Origin: an uncultured bacterium
GTDB taxonomy: Bacteria; Patescibacteriota; Minisyncoccia; UBA6257; UBA9933
DNA length: 64,000 bases
Reading direction: 5' to 3'
Assembly: GCA_913009635.1 (NCBI GenBank)
Contig: CAJVXI010000001.1
Coordinates: forward strand, 2,915-66,914
The notes below the pieces were generated by a model, which had not been told where the DNA came from, made no database searches, and saw nothing but the letters and a program-made list of their open reading frames with translations. Both the position numbers and the translations under genes were made by a program. Below are positions 1-9,398 of the stretch, one piece after another; the first letter of the stretch is position 1; the number at the start of each line of letters is the position of its first letter.

Positions 1-1247
1 CTAATACGGAAAGTCAGCATAAGTCAGTGTTTAGTCTGTGTAAGTCCGCGTTGGTAGTGGCGGTGGCGGTTTTTGTTTTAATTTTCCTTTTGGCCGGATT
101 CTTTGGCTATAATCCATCAGCGTCTTTTTGGTCTAATTTTGAGCGTGGCGAAGGCAGTTTTCAAATGCTTCATCTTTTTATTTTTTTTATTTTATTAATT
201 TTACTTTTTAGAGATAAAGCATCTTGGCGCCGATTGTTTATTATTTCAATAATAGTCGCGAGTTTAGTTATTCTTTACGGAGTTGCCGCTAGCTTAAAAT
301 ATGTTGATGCTGAAATGATTGGCCAAGAATTATCCGGCAAAGGAGGTCCATTTTTTCAAGCTTTTCATAATTTTCCGGGCCAGGCATTTAATGCCCCGGG
401 ATTTCGTTTTGCCGGTTCGCTTGGAAATTCGGCTTATTTGGGCACTTATTTAATTTTTGCCATGTTTTATGCTTTATATCTTATAACAGAATTAAAACGT
501 AAAAAAGTTTTTCGTTATATTTTAATAGGATTAACAGCAGTTTTTATAATATTTTTATTTTTGAGCGGAACAAGAGGCGCGTTTTTGGGATTGGGAGCGG
601 CTGTTTTAGCTGGTCTGTTTTATTTATTTTCTATTTTGCCATCTGGCTGGCTTCGTAAAACAATATTATCTTTTCTTATTGTTTTAATTATTTCCAGTTC
701 ACTCGGTTTTATTTTTCGTCAATCAATACCAATATTAAATAATAGAATTTTTAATATTTCTTTTTTATCAGAAACATTTCAAACAAGATTGTTGCTTTGG
801 CATCAGTCAGTAAAGGCGTTTAATGAGCGGCCGATTTTGGGATGGGGACCTGAAAATTTTCAAGTTTCTTTTGAGAAAAATTACAATCCGTACTTTAGGG
901 TTTGGTTTGATAGAGCTCATAATATATTTTTTGATTATTTAGTTTTTGCGGGAATTTTGGGTTTACTTAGCTTTATGGCGATTTTTGTTGTTTATTATCG
1001 GCAATTCTTCAAGACACGGACTTATGCAGACGAGACACGGACTAATACGGAAAGAAGTCAGTATGAGTCAGTGTTAAGTCCGTATGAGTCTGCGTTATTA
1101 TTCTCTCTGCCTATAGCATATCTTGTCCAAGGACTGGTTCTTTTTGATGTTTTACCAATATATATTAATTTGTTTTTGTTTTTAGCGTTTGCGGTATACA
1201 AATTCCAAGCACCAAGCACCAAATTACAAATAAATTCCAATGACTAA
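1..1247 (+). CDS. O-antigen ligase family membrane protein (5'-partial, frame open from window start)
   Basis: Multi-TM protein with GSLGNSAYLG, LSGTRGAFLG, RPILGWGPENF and DRAHN motifs; no in-frame stop upstream of 27. Confidence 0.8.
   Translation, partial: NTESQHKSVFSLCKSALVVAVAVFVLIFLLAGFFGYNPSASFWSNFERGEGSFQMLHLFIFFILLILLFRDKASWRRLFIISIIVASLVILYGVAASLKYVDAEMIGQELSGKGGPFFQAFHNFPGQAFNAPGFRFAGSLGNSAYLGTYLIFAMFYALYLITELKRKKVFRYILIGLTAVFIIFLFLSGTRGAFLGLGAAVLAGLFYLFSILPSGWLRKTILSFLIVLIISSSLGFIFRQSIPILNNRIFNISFLSETFQTRLLLWHQSVKAFNERPILGWGPENFQVSFEKNYNPYFRVWFDRAHNIFFDYLVFAGILGLLSFMAIFVVYYRQFFKTRTYADETRTNTERSQYESVLSPYESALLFSLPIAYLVQGLVLFDVLPIYINLFLFLAFAVYKFQAPSTKLQINSND
1013..1096. repeat. In-frame hairpin element (ACGGACT/AGTCCGT units); second partial copy at 1-52
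   Basis: acacggacttatgcagacgagacacggactaatacgga...agtcagtatgagtcagtgttaagtccgtatgagtctgcgtt; near-identical right arm at window start. Confidence 0.75.
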
Positions 1248-1721
1248 AATTTCTAATTTCTAATTTCTAATTTTTATTAAATTTTTAATGGAACAATTTT
1301 CAAACAATAAAAACAGAGAATACGATTTAGAAGAAAGAACTGCTAAATTCGGCGAGGATATAATAGAATTTGTGAGAAATATTAAAAGAGATGATATTAA
1401 CCGCAATATTATTGTTCAATTGGCGCGAGCGGTTACCTCTATAGGTGCTAATTATTGCGAAGCCAACGCCTCCAGCTCTAAACGAGATTTCAGAAATAAA
1501 ATTTATATCTGCAAGAAAGAAACTAATGAAACGAAATATTGGTTAAGAATATTAGCCAAACACCACCCAGAATTAAAAGAAAAAATAAGAAATTTTTGGA
1601 AAGAGGCGCATGAATTGCATCTTATTTTTCAGAAAATCACTAACACTTTGGATAAAAAGCAAAAAAGTTTAGAAATTGAAAATTAGAAATTCAATAGAAA
1701 TTAAAAATTAGAAATTGAAAA
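1198..1721. mobile_element. Putative cassette: four-helix-bundle gene bracketed by complementary heptad-repeat arms
   Basis: Left arm (tttctaa)n plus aaattccaagcaccaa, right arm (ttagaaa/ttgaaaa)n; similar arms occur empty elsewhere in window. Confidence 0.55.
1288..1686 (+). CDS. Four helix bundle protein (23S rRNA intervening-sequence protein family)
   Basis: DLEERT...QLARAVTSIGANYCEA..S.SKRDF.NKI.ICKKETNETKYWL family signature. Confidence 0.9.
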   Translation: MEQFSNNKNREYDLEERTAKFGEDIIEFVRNIKRDDINRNIIVQLARAVTSIGANYCEANASSSKRDFRNKIYICKKETNETKYWLRILAKHHPELKEKIRNFWKEAHELHLIFQKITNTLDKKQKSLEIEN

Positions 1722-1727
1722 TTGTCT

Positions 1728-3437
1728 ATGCTTCAAATTCCTCCTCAAAAACTCAAAGAACTTTTAGTTAAACAGGATTTAATTGCTCCGCAACTTTTTG
1801 ACGATTTAGTTTTAGAAGCTGAGCGAATGAAGCAGAACCTTGGCGATATTTTAATTTCCCGCGGAATAATCAGCTATAGTTATTTTTACACTGTTTTAGC
1901 TAATTATTTAGGCGTAGAAAAAACTGATTTAGCCACTCGTTCAATTGACGAAAAAATTTTAAAGTTATTAGATGAAGAAACAGCTCGAAGGAAAAAATTA
2001 ATTCTATTCGCAAAACAGCCGGACGGCGTTTTATCTGTTGCGATGGAAGACCCGAGCGATTTAGAAGCGATTGAATTTTTAGAAAAACGCCTTAATTTAA
2101 AAATCAAACCTTATTTGGCAACCCAAGAAGATTTAGACAGAGGATTCGCGCTTTATGGTCAGCAATTGGTTGAAAATTTCAAAAAAATCGTTGAGGAAAA
2201 TATTTCCGTTTCTCTTAAAGCGCGCGTAAAGAATATTAAAGAAGCAGCTGCTCAAGTACCGATTGTTGCTATTGTTGATAATTTGCTTTCTTATGCTATT
2301 TCACTTCGCGCTTCAGATATTCATATTGAAATCTTAGAAGACGTTATTTTAATTAGATTTAGAATTGATGGAGTGCTTCATGAAATTATCAGAATTCCTA
2401 AAGAGATTCATCCGGCAATTACCGCCCGAATTAAACTTTTGGGTGGTTTAAAAATTGACGAACATATGAAGCCGCAAGACGGACGATTTAGATATAAGAT
2501 AGGGTCCGATTTAATTGATATCCGAGTAGCAATAATGCCCATTTTTTACGGTGAGAAAATTGAAATGCGGCTTTTGTCGTCTACGCAAAAACCATTGTCT
2601 TTTGAGGAATTGGGAATGTTTGAAGATGTGGTAAAAATTGTTGAAGAAAATATTAAAAAAAGTTATGGAATGGTTTTGATTTGCGGGCCAACCGGCTCCG
2701 GAAAAAGCACTACTCTTTATTCAATTTTAAATATTCTTAATAAGCCGGAAGTTAATATTGTTACAATTGAGGACCCAATTGAGTTTGATATAAAATACGT
2801 TAATCAAACACAAATAAATAATTTAGCTGGCATTACTTTTGCAAATGGACTTCGCGCAATTTTAAGGCAAGACCCAAATATAATTATGGTAGGTGAGATT
2901 CGTGATGAAGAAACAGCTGAAATCGCGGTTCATTCAGCGTTAACCGGTCATCTATTACTTTCCAGCTTACACACCAATGATGCTGTTACAGCTATTCCGA
3001 GATTTATTGATATGAAAATTGCTTCGTTTTTGGTTGCTGCTGTTCTTAATATGGTTTTAGCTCAGAGGTTAGTGAGAAAAATTTGTTTGGATTGCATTGA
3101 ATCATTTTCGCCTGATGCCGAAATGATAAAATCTTTAGAAAAACAATTTAAAGAATTAAAAATAGAATCAGGAATCAGTGTTCCAAAAATTCTTTATCGT
3201 GGACGTGGATGTCCAGCTTGCAGCGATACGGGTTATAGGGGTAGATTTGGAATTTTTGAGGTTTTAAGTGTTGATGAAAATATTAGAAAAGTAATTATTG
3301 ACACGAATTTTTCTTTGGATACTTTAAAAGAAGCAGCTAGAAAACAAGGTATGATTACTATGTTTGAAGATAGTTTAAAAAAGGTCGCGAGGGGGTTAAC
3401 AACAATAGAGGAAGTATTGAGAGTTATTAGGGAATAA
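1728..3437 (+). CDS. pilB: Type IV pilus assembly ATPase PilB/GspE
   Basis: Walker A GPTGSGKST, TIEDPIE, LRQDPNIIMVGEIRD, LHTNDA, tetracysteine motif; ATG 1728 chosen over TTG 1722. Confidence 0.92.
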   Translation: MLQIPPQKLKELLVKQDLIAPQLFDDLVLEAERMKQNLGDILISRGIISYSYFYTVLANYLGVEKTDLATRSIDEKILKLLDEETARRKKLILFAKQPDGVLSVAMEDPSDLEAIEFLEKRLNLKIKPYLATQEDLDRGFALYGQQLVENFKKIVEENISVSLKARVKNIKEAAAQVPIVAIVDNLLSYAISLRASDIHIEILEDVILIRFRIDGVLHEIIRIPKEIHPAITARIKLLGGLKIDEHMKPQDGRFRYKIGSDLIDIRVAIMPIFYGEKIEMRLLSSTQKPLSFEELGMFEDVVKIVEENIKKSYGMVLICGPTGSGKSTTLYSILNILNKPEVNIVTIEDPIEFDIKYVNQTQINNLAGITFANGLRAILRQDPNIIMVGEIRDEETAEIAVHSALTGHLLLSSLHTNDAVTAIPRFIDMKIASFLVAAVLNMVLAQRLVRKICLDCIESFSPDAEMIKSLEKQFKELKIESGISVPKILYRGRGCPACSDTGYRGRFGIFEVLSVDENIRKVIIDTNFSLDTLKEAARKQGMITMFEDSLKKVARGLTTIEEVLRVIRE

Positions 3438-3439
3438 CT

Positions 3440-3572
3440 CTCAAAAATGTAAAATTTAAAAATCAAAAATCAAAATGCCAATGTAAAATTTCAAAATGAG
3501 TTAAAAAAACGAAAACAATTTTAACATTTTGATCTGTCATTTTCCATTTTGATATTTACATTTTGAATTTTT
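3440..3572. repeat. Hairpin element family C (AAAATGT/AAAATC ... CATTTT units)
   Basis: Homologous to 9948-10077, 50541-50663, 54637-54746, 59222-59339. Confidence 0.85.
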
Positions 3573-4784
3573 ATGAGATTTCATTACATTGCGTCACAGC
3601 CAAACGGTAAAATAGTTGAAGATGAAATTGATGCCCAGGGTCCGGCTGAAGTTTTGGAATTTTTAGCCAATAAGGGTTTAAAGCCAGTTTCTCTTAAACA
3701 AATTAAGGGTTTTGAGCAGACCATTAAACGGCATATTTTCGGTCAGACAATTACGATAGATGATAAAGTTTTTTTAACAAAGTATTTGGCGTTGATGCTT
3801 AAGGTTGGCACTGATCTTTTTAAGGCAATTAATATTTTAATCGCTGATTTTGATAAGCCGTCAGTTAAAGCGTTATTGATCGAAATTCGTAATTCTTTAG
3901 AAAAGGGACAGCCATTTTATACGACTTTTGCTAAATATCCTAAATTTTTCTCACCGGTTTTCGTAAATTTAATTAAATCAGGTGAAGCGTCCGGGAATTT
4001 AGAACAAATTTTTGAAGATTTAAGCAATTCAGTTCAAAAAGAACAGGAGCTTCGCAATCGGATTAAAGCCGCTTTAACTTATCCAATTATTCTTTTAGTG
4101 GTTTCGACAATGATTCTTGTTCTATTGGTAAGTTTTGCTTTGCCGAGAATCGCGAATATTTTTATGTCCAGCGGTTTTGATCCGCCAACTTTTTCAAAAA
4201 TTGTTTTTGCAGTTGGTTTATTTTTTGGTAAATTTGTTTGGATTATTTTAGGCGTAGGAGCGCTTTTGTTATTTGGAAATTGGTTTTTTATTAGTAAAAC
4301 TTTAATTGGTAAAAGATTTATTCAGCGGTTATTTTCTAAGACACCGGTAGTAAAAACAGTTATAAAACGAATCGCCATTCAGCGTTTTGCCACTACCCTT
4401 GCATCGCTTTTAAAAGCAGGTTTGCCCATAACTGATTCTTTAGAGATTACCGCGCAAGCCGTTGGTTTCGAAGAATTAAAGGATGCTCTTTTAAGAATTT
4501 CTCGAGAGGGAATCATTAAGGGAGCGACCATTGGAGAGGCCTTTAAGCGTGAACCGTTTTTCCCAAAGACAGTTTCTAATTTGGTGGCAATTTCTGAAAA
4601 AGCCGGACATATAGAAAATATTTTAGGCGTTTTAGCCCATTTTTATGAATCAGAGATTGATTCGTCAATTAAGTCAATGGTTTCTTTTCTGGAGCCAGTA
4701 TTACTTTTGGTTATTGGATTTATAATTGGCTTAATAGCTCTTTCTATTATCGTGCCGATTTATCAGTTGGTGGGACAGTTCTAA
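3573..4784 (+). CDS. pilC: Type IV pilus platform protein PilC/GspF
   Basis: Two T2SSF repeats, GEASGNL, AALTYP, LEPVLLLVIG. Confidence 0.92.
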   Translation: MRFHYIASQPNGKIVEDEIDAQGPAEVLEFLANKGLKPVSLKQIKGFEQTIKRHIFGQTITIDDKVFLTKYLALMLKVGTDLFKAINILIADFDKPSVKALLIEIRNSLEKGQPFYTTFAKYPKFFSPVFVNLIKSGEASGNLEQIFEDLSNSVQKEQELRNRIKAALTYPIILLVVSTMILVLLVSFALPRIANIFMSSGFDPPTFSKIVFAVGLFFGKFVWIILGVGALLLFGNWFFISKTLIGKRFIQRLFSKTPVVKTVIKRIAIQRFATTLASLLKAGLPITDSLEITAQAVGFEELKDALLRISREGIIKGATIGEAFKREPFFPKTVSNLVAISEKAGHIENILGVLAHFYESEIDSSIKSMVSFLEPVLLLVIGFIIGLIALSIIVPIYQLVGQF

Positions 4785-4785
4785 T

Positions 4786-4866
4786 AAATTGCTAAACTGA
4801 TAAATTGTTAAACTGTTGCGCTAACGAATTGATAAAAACAATTTAACAATGAAACAATTCAACAAT
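4786..4866. repeat. Hairpin element family F (AATTGTTA/TAACAATT octamers) overlapping pilin start
   Basis: Related to 12855-12888 (half) and 22535-22630. Confidence 0.7.
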
Positions 4867-5325
4867 AGATCATTCACGCTTATAGAGCTTGTAATCGTTA
4901 TTTCTATTACATTACTTCTTTTTTCAGCTGGATTTTTAAAGCTTTTAGATTATCGTCAGCATCAGGCATTAAAGTTGACAAAACAAAATATTGCAGCGGT
5001 TTTAAGAAACGCCCAAAATCTTTCTATTAGTCAGGAATCCGGCAATCGTTGGGGGATTCATTTCGAAAATCCATCTGGAAGCGGTAATGATTTTTACGAA
5101 TTATTTTCAGGAGTGAGCTATAGCACAAGTACTGTTATTTCAAAAAATAATTTAGACCCGGAGCTTCAATTTAACGATCCAGCATCCGGAGTTTCTGAAA
5201 ATATAATTTTTTTGCCTCTTAGCGGAAAATTAAGCGCTGCGGCTTCCATAAATATTTCTTTAGTAAGTGATACTTCGGTTTCCAGTACAATCATTATAAA
5301 TGCTAATGGGCAGATAGAGTATTAA
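4849..5325 (+). CDS. Type IV pilin-like protein (FimT/GspH-like minor pilin)
   Basis: SFTLIELVIVISI class III signal, RNAQNLS motif, pil context. Confidence 0.8.
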   Translation: MKQFNNRSFTLIELVIVISITLLLFSAGFLKLLDYRQHQALKLTKQNIAAVLRNAQNLSISQESGNRWGIHFENPSGSGNDFYELFSGVSYSTSTVISKNNLDPELQFNDPASGVSENIIFLPLSGKLSAAASINISLVSDTSVSSTIIINANGQIEY

Positions 5326-5327
5326 AG

Positions 5328-5500
5328 ACGAGGTTTTAGGATTTAGAATATAGAATATAGGGGTAGGCATTAAAATTTAACAAAACTCCTAAATTCTAAA
5401 TTCTAAATTTTCATAATAAAATGGCAAAACCCCTAAATTCTAAATCCTACCGCGCCCGACATCGCCTTGTGAAGTCAAGGCGGGCGGGTATTCTAAATTC
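5328..5500. repeat. Hairpin element (TTTAGAA/TTCTAAA heptads) extending into CDS, with nested GC-rich hairpin 5448-5490
   Basis: ttttaggatttagaatatagaatatag...ctaaattctaaattctaaat; units recur inside the ORF 5' end. Confidence 0.7.
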
Positions 5501-6464
5501 TTTTAATAAAGGTCAATCTTTTATTGAGATTATTATTGCTTTTTTGATAGGCGCTCTTTTAATTATCGCTTCATCAAGCGCCGTTGTTTTAATAGTTAGG
5601 AATAATTTGGAATCCAAGAATAATCAAATAGCCGCCTTTTTGGTTCAAGAATTAGTTGACAATATTCAGGCAGTTTCTGAATCTGATTGGAATAGTTTTT
5701 ATAACCTTGCTCCAAAAGGCTCGAGTTCACAATATTACGTGAGTTCTACTCGCGCGATTATTAATGACGTGGAAGTTTTAACTATCAAAGAAAGGAATTA
5801 TACTCGATATTTTTCTATTGAGAATGTTAATCGTGATATTTGCGGTACCGGCGATATTAGCAGTGCCGCAACCAGTACTTGTTTGGGTGCTGAGGTTTTA
5901 GAAGACCCATCAACGCAGAAAATTACTGCTTTTGTAAATTGGGCTGGCAATCATTCAATTAGCATAGTTCAATATTTAACTCGGCACCGTGATTCTGTTT
6001 TTGCTCAGAGCAATTGGTCTGGAGGAGTTCTATCGGATGAAATAATTACTTTCTCTAATTACAGATTTTCTACGTCAACTAATATTGATTTTGCCACCAC
6101 CACTGGTTCAATAGTTTTAAGCGCGGGTCAAACAAGCGGTAATTTAACATCCAGCATTTTTGATACTCAAAGAACAGATGGAGCGGCCTTTAATGCCATT
6201 CTTTGGCAGGGCGATATAGGCGACGGAACGGTAAAATTTCGAATTGCTTCGTCAGCCACTTCCACCGATCACTGGAATTATTACGGTTGGGATGGCAGTG
6301 GAAGCACTGATTATCCGGCCAGCGGCTCTGTTGATGACGATACATCGGTTTTAATTATGCCGGAGCATCATAATAATGATAGATACGTTCGTTATAAAGT
6401 ATTTTTAAATAAAACTTCTAATAGTCCGCGAATTGACGACATAATAATTAACTGGAGCTCATAA
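5421..6464 (+). CDS. Pilin-like protein with C-terminal beta-rich domain
   Basis: GQSFIEII prepilin-like motif, hydrophobic helix, pil cluster. Confidence 0.7.
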   Translation: MAKPLNSKSYRARHRLVKSRRAGILNSFNKGQSFIEIIIAFLIGALLIIASSSAVVLIVRNNLESKNNQIAAFLVQELVDNIQAVSESDWNSFYNLAPKGSSSQYYVSSTRAIINDVEVLTIKERNYTRYFSIENVNRDICGTGDISSAATSTCLGAEVLEDPSTQKITAFVNWAGNHSISIVQYLTRHRDSVFAQSNWSGGVLSDEIITFSNYRFSTSTNIDFATTTGSIVLSAGQTSGNLTSSIFDTQRTDGAAFNAILWQGDIGDGTVKFRIASSATSTDHWNYYGWDGSGSTDYPASGSVDDDTSVLIMPEHHNNDRYVRYKVFLNKTSNSPRIDDIIINWSS

Positions 6465-6465
6465 A

Positions 6466-7005
6466 ATGAAACTAAAAACTAAAAACCCCCGCCTGCGCCG
6501 AGGCTTCGGCCTTCGGCCGACGAAGTCGCCTTCGGCCGACGAAGTCGGCGGGCAGGAAAAACTAAAAGCTAATAAAGGTATAATTGCATTGCCGACAATG
6601 CTTTTAATCGGCGGGGTTATTGTGGAAATTGGAATTGCCGGACTTTTAGTTTCTTATTTTTTAATACAGAGCAATCTTGGTATTAGGTTGTCAGCCGAAG
6701 CATTGGCAGTGGCTCGGTCAGGGACCCAGGATGCTATAATTAAAATTATTCGTGATAAAAACTTTACTAGCGGTTCACCTTATTCTTTAACTGTTGGTGA
6801 ATGGTCTGCTCAAATTATTGTTTGTAAAGATTCAAGAACAATTTCCACTGCTTGTGATGACCTAGATCCTTCAAATAAGGGGAAACATGAAATTACATCT
6901 TTGGGGATAGTTCAAAAAAAACAACGTAAAATTCAAACAATTCTTAACGTTAATAGCGCAACTGGAGAAGTTAATGTAGAATCAATAGAAGAGATAGCTA
7001 TTTAA
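6466..7005 (+). CDS. PilX-like minor pilin
   Basis: KGIIALPTMLLIGG N-terminal helix, AEALAVARSGTQDA motif, pil cluster. Confidence 0.65.
   Translation: MKLKTKNPRLRRGFGLRPTKSPSADEVGGQEKLKANKGIIALPTMLLIGGVIVEIGIAGLLVSYFLIQSNLGIRLSAEALAVARSGTQDAIIKIIRDKNFTSGSPYSLTVGEWSAQIIVCKDSRTISTACDDLDPSNKGKHEITSLGIVQKKQRKIQTILNVNSATGEVNVESIEEIAI
6486..6557. repeat. GC-rich REP-like palindrome in frame in pilin leader
   Basis: cccgcctgcgccgaggcttcgg...ggcgggcagg with internal duplication ccttcggccgacgaagtcg. Confidence 0.75.
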
Positions 7006-7041
7006 AATTTCTAATTTCTAATTTCTAATTTTCAAATATTA

Positions 7042-8544
7042 ATGAAAATCAATTTTAAAAAAATACTTAACGCTATAAATCCGCAGCCGGCTATTGGCGG
7101 TCTTGAGATTAATAATTTAGAATTGCGATTTATTAAATTAAAAGGCAATAACCTTTCTTCTATTTCCCAAAAATTACAGCCTGGCATTATTGAAAAGGGA
7201 AAAATAAAAGATCGGGCTAATTTTATAGCAGCTCTTTCAAATCTCCATTTTCAGATTACTCGTAGAAAAAAGAAAAAAATTTACGTAATTGTCGACGTTC
7301 CCAATATTAACGTTTATGCTAAAGTCTTTAATTTACCGAGCGTTGCTTTGGGGAATCTTGAAGAAGCCGCTAAACTTAATCTTCAAATGATTTCACCGAT
7401 TGATTTTGCTGATACATATAATGATTGGCATTCGGTTGGTAATAGTGGATATAATGAGAATCAAATAGAAATTTTGGGAGCTTTGGCGCCGAAATCTATT
7501 ATAGAAGAATTTAGCAGTTCTTTGGAAGAAGCAGGTTTTGGAATAGCGGCAATTGAATTTTCTGCTTTGTCATTAATAAGATTAGCGGTTAATTTTGGGG
7601 TTGGGATTGATATTAAAAATAATTATCTTTTACTTCAGATAGGCAGTGATGGTTTGAATTTTAATATAATGAAGAACGGTAATTTGTATTTCGCGCATTT
7701 TTATTCGTGGGAAACAGACACAAAAAAACAAAAGCAAATATCTTTTTCGGATTTTAAAGAATTAATTACCAGAGAAACTCAAAAAGTATTGAATTTTTAT
7801 GAAACTCATTGGGAAGGAAGAATTAATAAAGTAATTTTAGTAAGCTCAGGACTTGTTAAAGAAACAATTAGTATGCTTTCTGAAAATTTATCACTTGAGG
7901 TTCAGGTATTAACTCTTAAGAAATTTAATAAATTATCTCCAGATTGGTATAGTGCTTTAAGCTCGGCGCTTAGAGGATTAATTCCTCGTTCTCAGGACAC
8001 TATTATTAGCTTAGCAAGCGTCGGCACTGAAGAAGGGTTTAGGCGTTATCGTGTTATTAATTTTATAAATATTTGGCGTAATATTATTTTTGCTTCGCTA
8101 ATTTTCGTTATCGTAGTTTTTGGAGCGTCCGTATGGTTGTTAATAAATACGATGGAATCAGTAAATTTATCGGACATAACTTTGTCGAATGTTTCGGAAA
8201 TCGCAGAATTAAATATACTTCAGGAAAAGGCCAAAAGTTTTAATGAAAAAGTAGAGTTAGCGTTGAAATCACAAAAAACAGGAGCTAATTGGTCTTCATT
8301 TTTTGAGAGAATTAAGGGTTTAATCGGAAATGATATTGTCTTGGAAAGAATTTTTATTCAATCCTTGGAAACTCCGGTCTTGATTAATGCTACGGCAGTT
8401 AGTCAAGAAGCTGCAATAAATTTTAAAAACATTTTAACTCAACAGTCGCAATTTTATGAAATAAATTTGCCTTTATCAAATATTATTTCTTCAACTGAAG
8501 GACCGGTTAAATTCAGTATTAGCTTTAAGATAAGGGGGTTATAA
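7042..8544 (+). CDS. pilM: PilM-like actin-fold protein fused to PilN-like domain
   Basis: IGGLEI N-terminus, GIIEKGKIKD, LLLQIG motif, C-terminal TM plus periplasmic domain. Confidence 0.75.
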   Translation: MKINFKKILNAINPQPAIGGLEINNLELRFIKLKGNNLSSISQKLQPGIIEKGKIKDRANFIAALSNLHFQITRRKKKKIYVIVDVPNINVYAKVFNLPSVALGNLEEAAKLNLQMISPIDFADTYNDWHSVGNSGYNENQIEILGALAPKSIIEEFSSSLEEAGFGIAAIEFSALSLIRLAVNFGVGIDIKNNYLLLQIGSDGLNFNIMKNGNLYFAHFYSWETDTKKQKQISFSDFKELITRETQKVLNFYETHWEGRINKVILVSSGLVKETISMLSENLSLEVQVLTLKKFNKLSPDWYSALSSALRGLIPRSQDTIISLASVGTEEGFRRYRVINFINIWRNIIFASLIFVIVVFGASVWLLINTMESVNLSDITLSNVSEIAELNILQEKAKSFNEKVELALKSQKTGANWSSFFERIKGLIGNDIVLERIFIQSLETPVLINATAVSQEAAINFKNILTQQSQFYEINLPLSNIISSTEGPVKFSISFKIRGL

Positions 8545-8794
8545 AAATCTTTTTTTCAAAAAAATCTTTTCCCGCCAGCCAACAATAGCGCCTAACAATT
8601 TTTCGTTCATCAGCCGTTGTCACCTCGTTCGCTTTACGATTTTCTGGCGGCTTAAAGGACGCTTCGCTCCCGTCAAAAAATCTACTCACTTCGGAACAAC
8701 GCGTTTGAATTCGCTCAAAACATTAGGCGCTATTATAGTAACAGGCTGGCCACAAAAAAGATTTTTGCTTTTCTTTGGCTACAAAAAGATTTTT
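8544..8794. repeat. Long nested inverted-repeat element (MITE-like or structured RNA)
   Basis: aaaatcttttcccgccagcc...ggctggccacaaaaaagatttt; shares termini with 31246-31473. Confidence 0.7.
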
Positions 8795-9356
8795 ATTTAT
8801 TGGTGGTTGTGTTGAAGAGCTGCGCTTGGGCAGATTGAAAGACCTTGTTAAAAATCGTGAGGTCTTTTTTTGTTATTTTTTTGAGTACAAACTCTCCGGC
8901 TTTCGCTCTTCGAGCTCTTGATACTTGTTTCGGCCTAATACCTATGCGTAAACGCCAGAAATTTTTTGTTTTCAAGGATTTAATTATTGACTCTATGCCT
9001 TTGTGTCCAGCTGAACCGCGTCCATAAGAAAATTTATATTTTTCTAATTCAATATCCGAATCATCATGAACAATTAATATTTCTTTAGGGTCAATTTTAT
9101 TATCTTTAGTGGAGAAATATTTTATTGCTGATAGTACTGCTTTTCCAGATTCATTCATAAAGACAGATGATTTTATGACATGAATTATGAATTGTGAATC
9201 ATGAATTTTGAATTTTGATGCAATAAATAATTTATGTTTTATATTCCAAGCTTCATGTTCTATGAGCCATGATAAAAAAAGTTGCCCCACGTTATGATAA
9301 GTTAAGATGTGTTGGAAATCGGGGTTCCCAAGGCCAATAATCAGCTTGATTTTCAT
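8793..9356 (-). CDS. pth: Peptidyl-tRNA hydrolase
   Basis: LIIGLGNP, TYHNVG, FMNESG, VHDDSD, GSAGHKG, RLRIGI. Confidence 0.95.
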   Translation of the reverse strand: MKIKLIIGLGNPDFQHILTYHNVGQLFLSWLIEHEAWNIKHKLFIASKFKIHDSQFIIHVIKSSVFMNESGKAVLSAIKYFSTKDNKIDPKEILIVHDDSDIELEKYKFSYGRGSAGHKGIESIIKSLKTKNFWRLRIGIRPKQVSRARRAKAGEFVLKKITKKDLTIFNKVFQSAQAQLFNTTTNK

Positions 9357-9398
9357 ACAATTTAATTATATAGTATTTATGAAAATATATTAAATTTT

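Noticed and set aside
1288-1686. Four-helix-bundle gene as Avd of a diversity-generating retroelement
   Set aside because: No reverse transcriptase and no TR/VR pair with adenine-specific mismatches seen in the window
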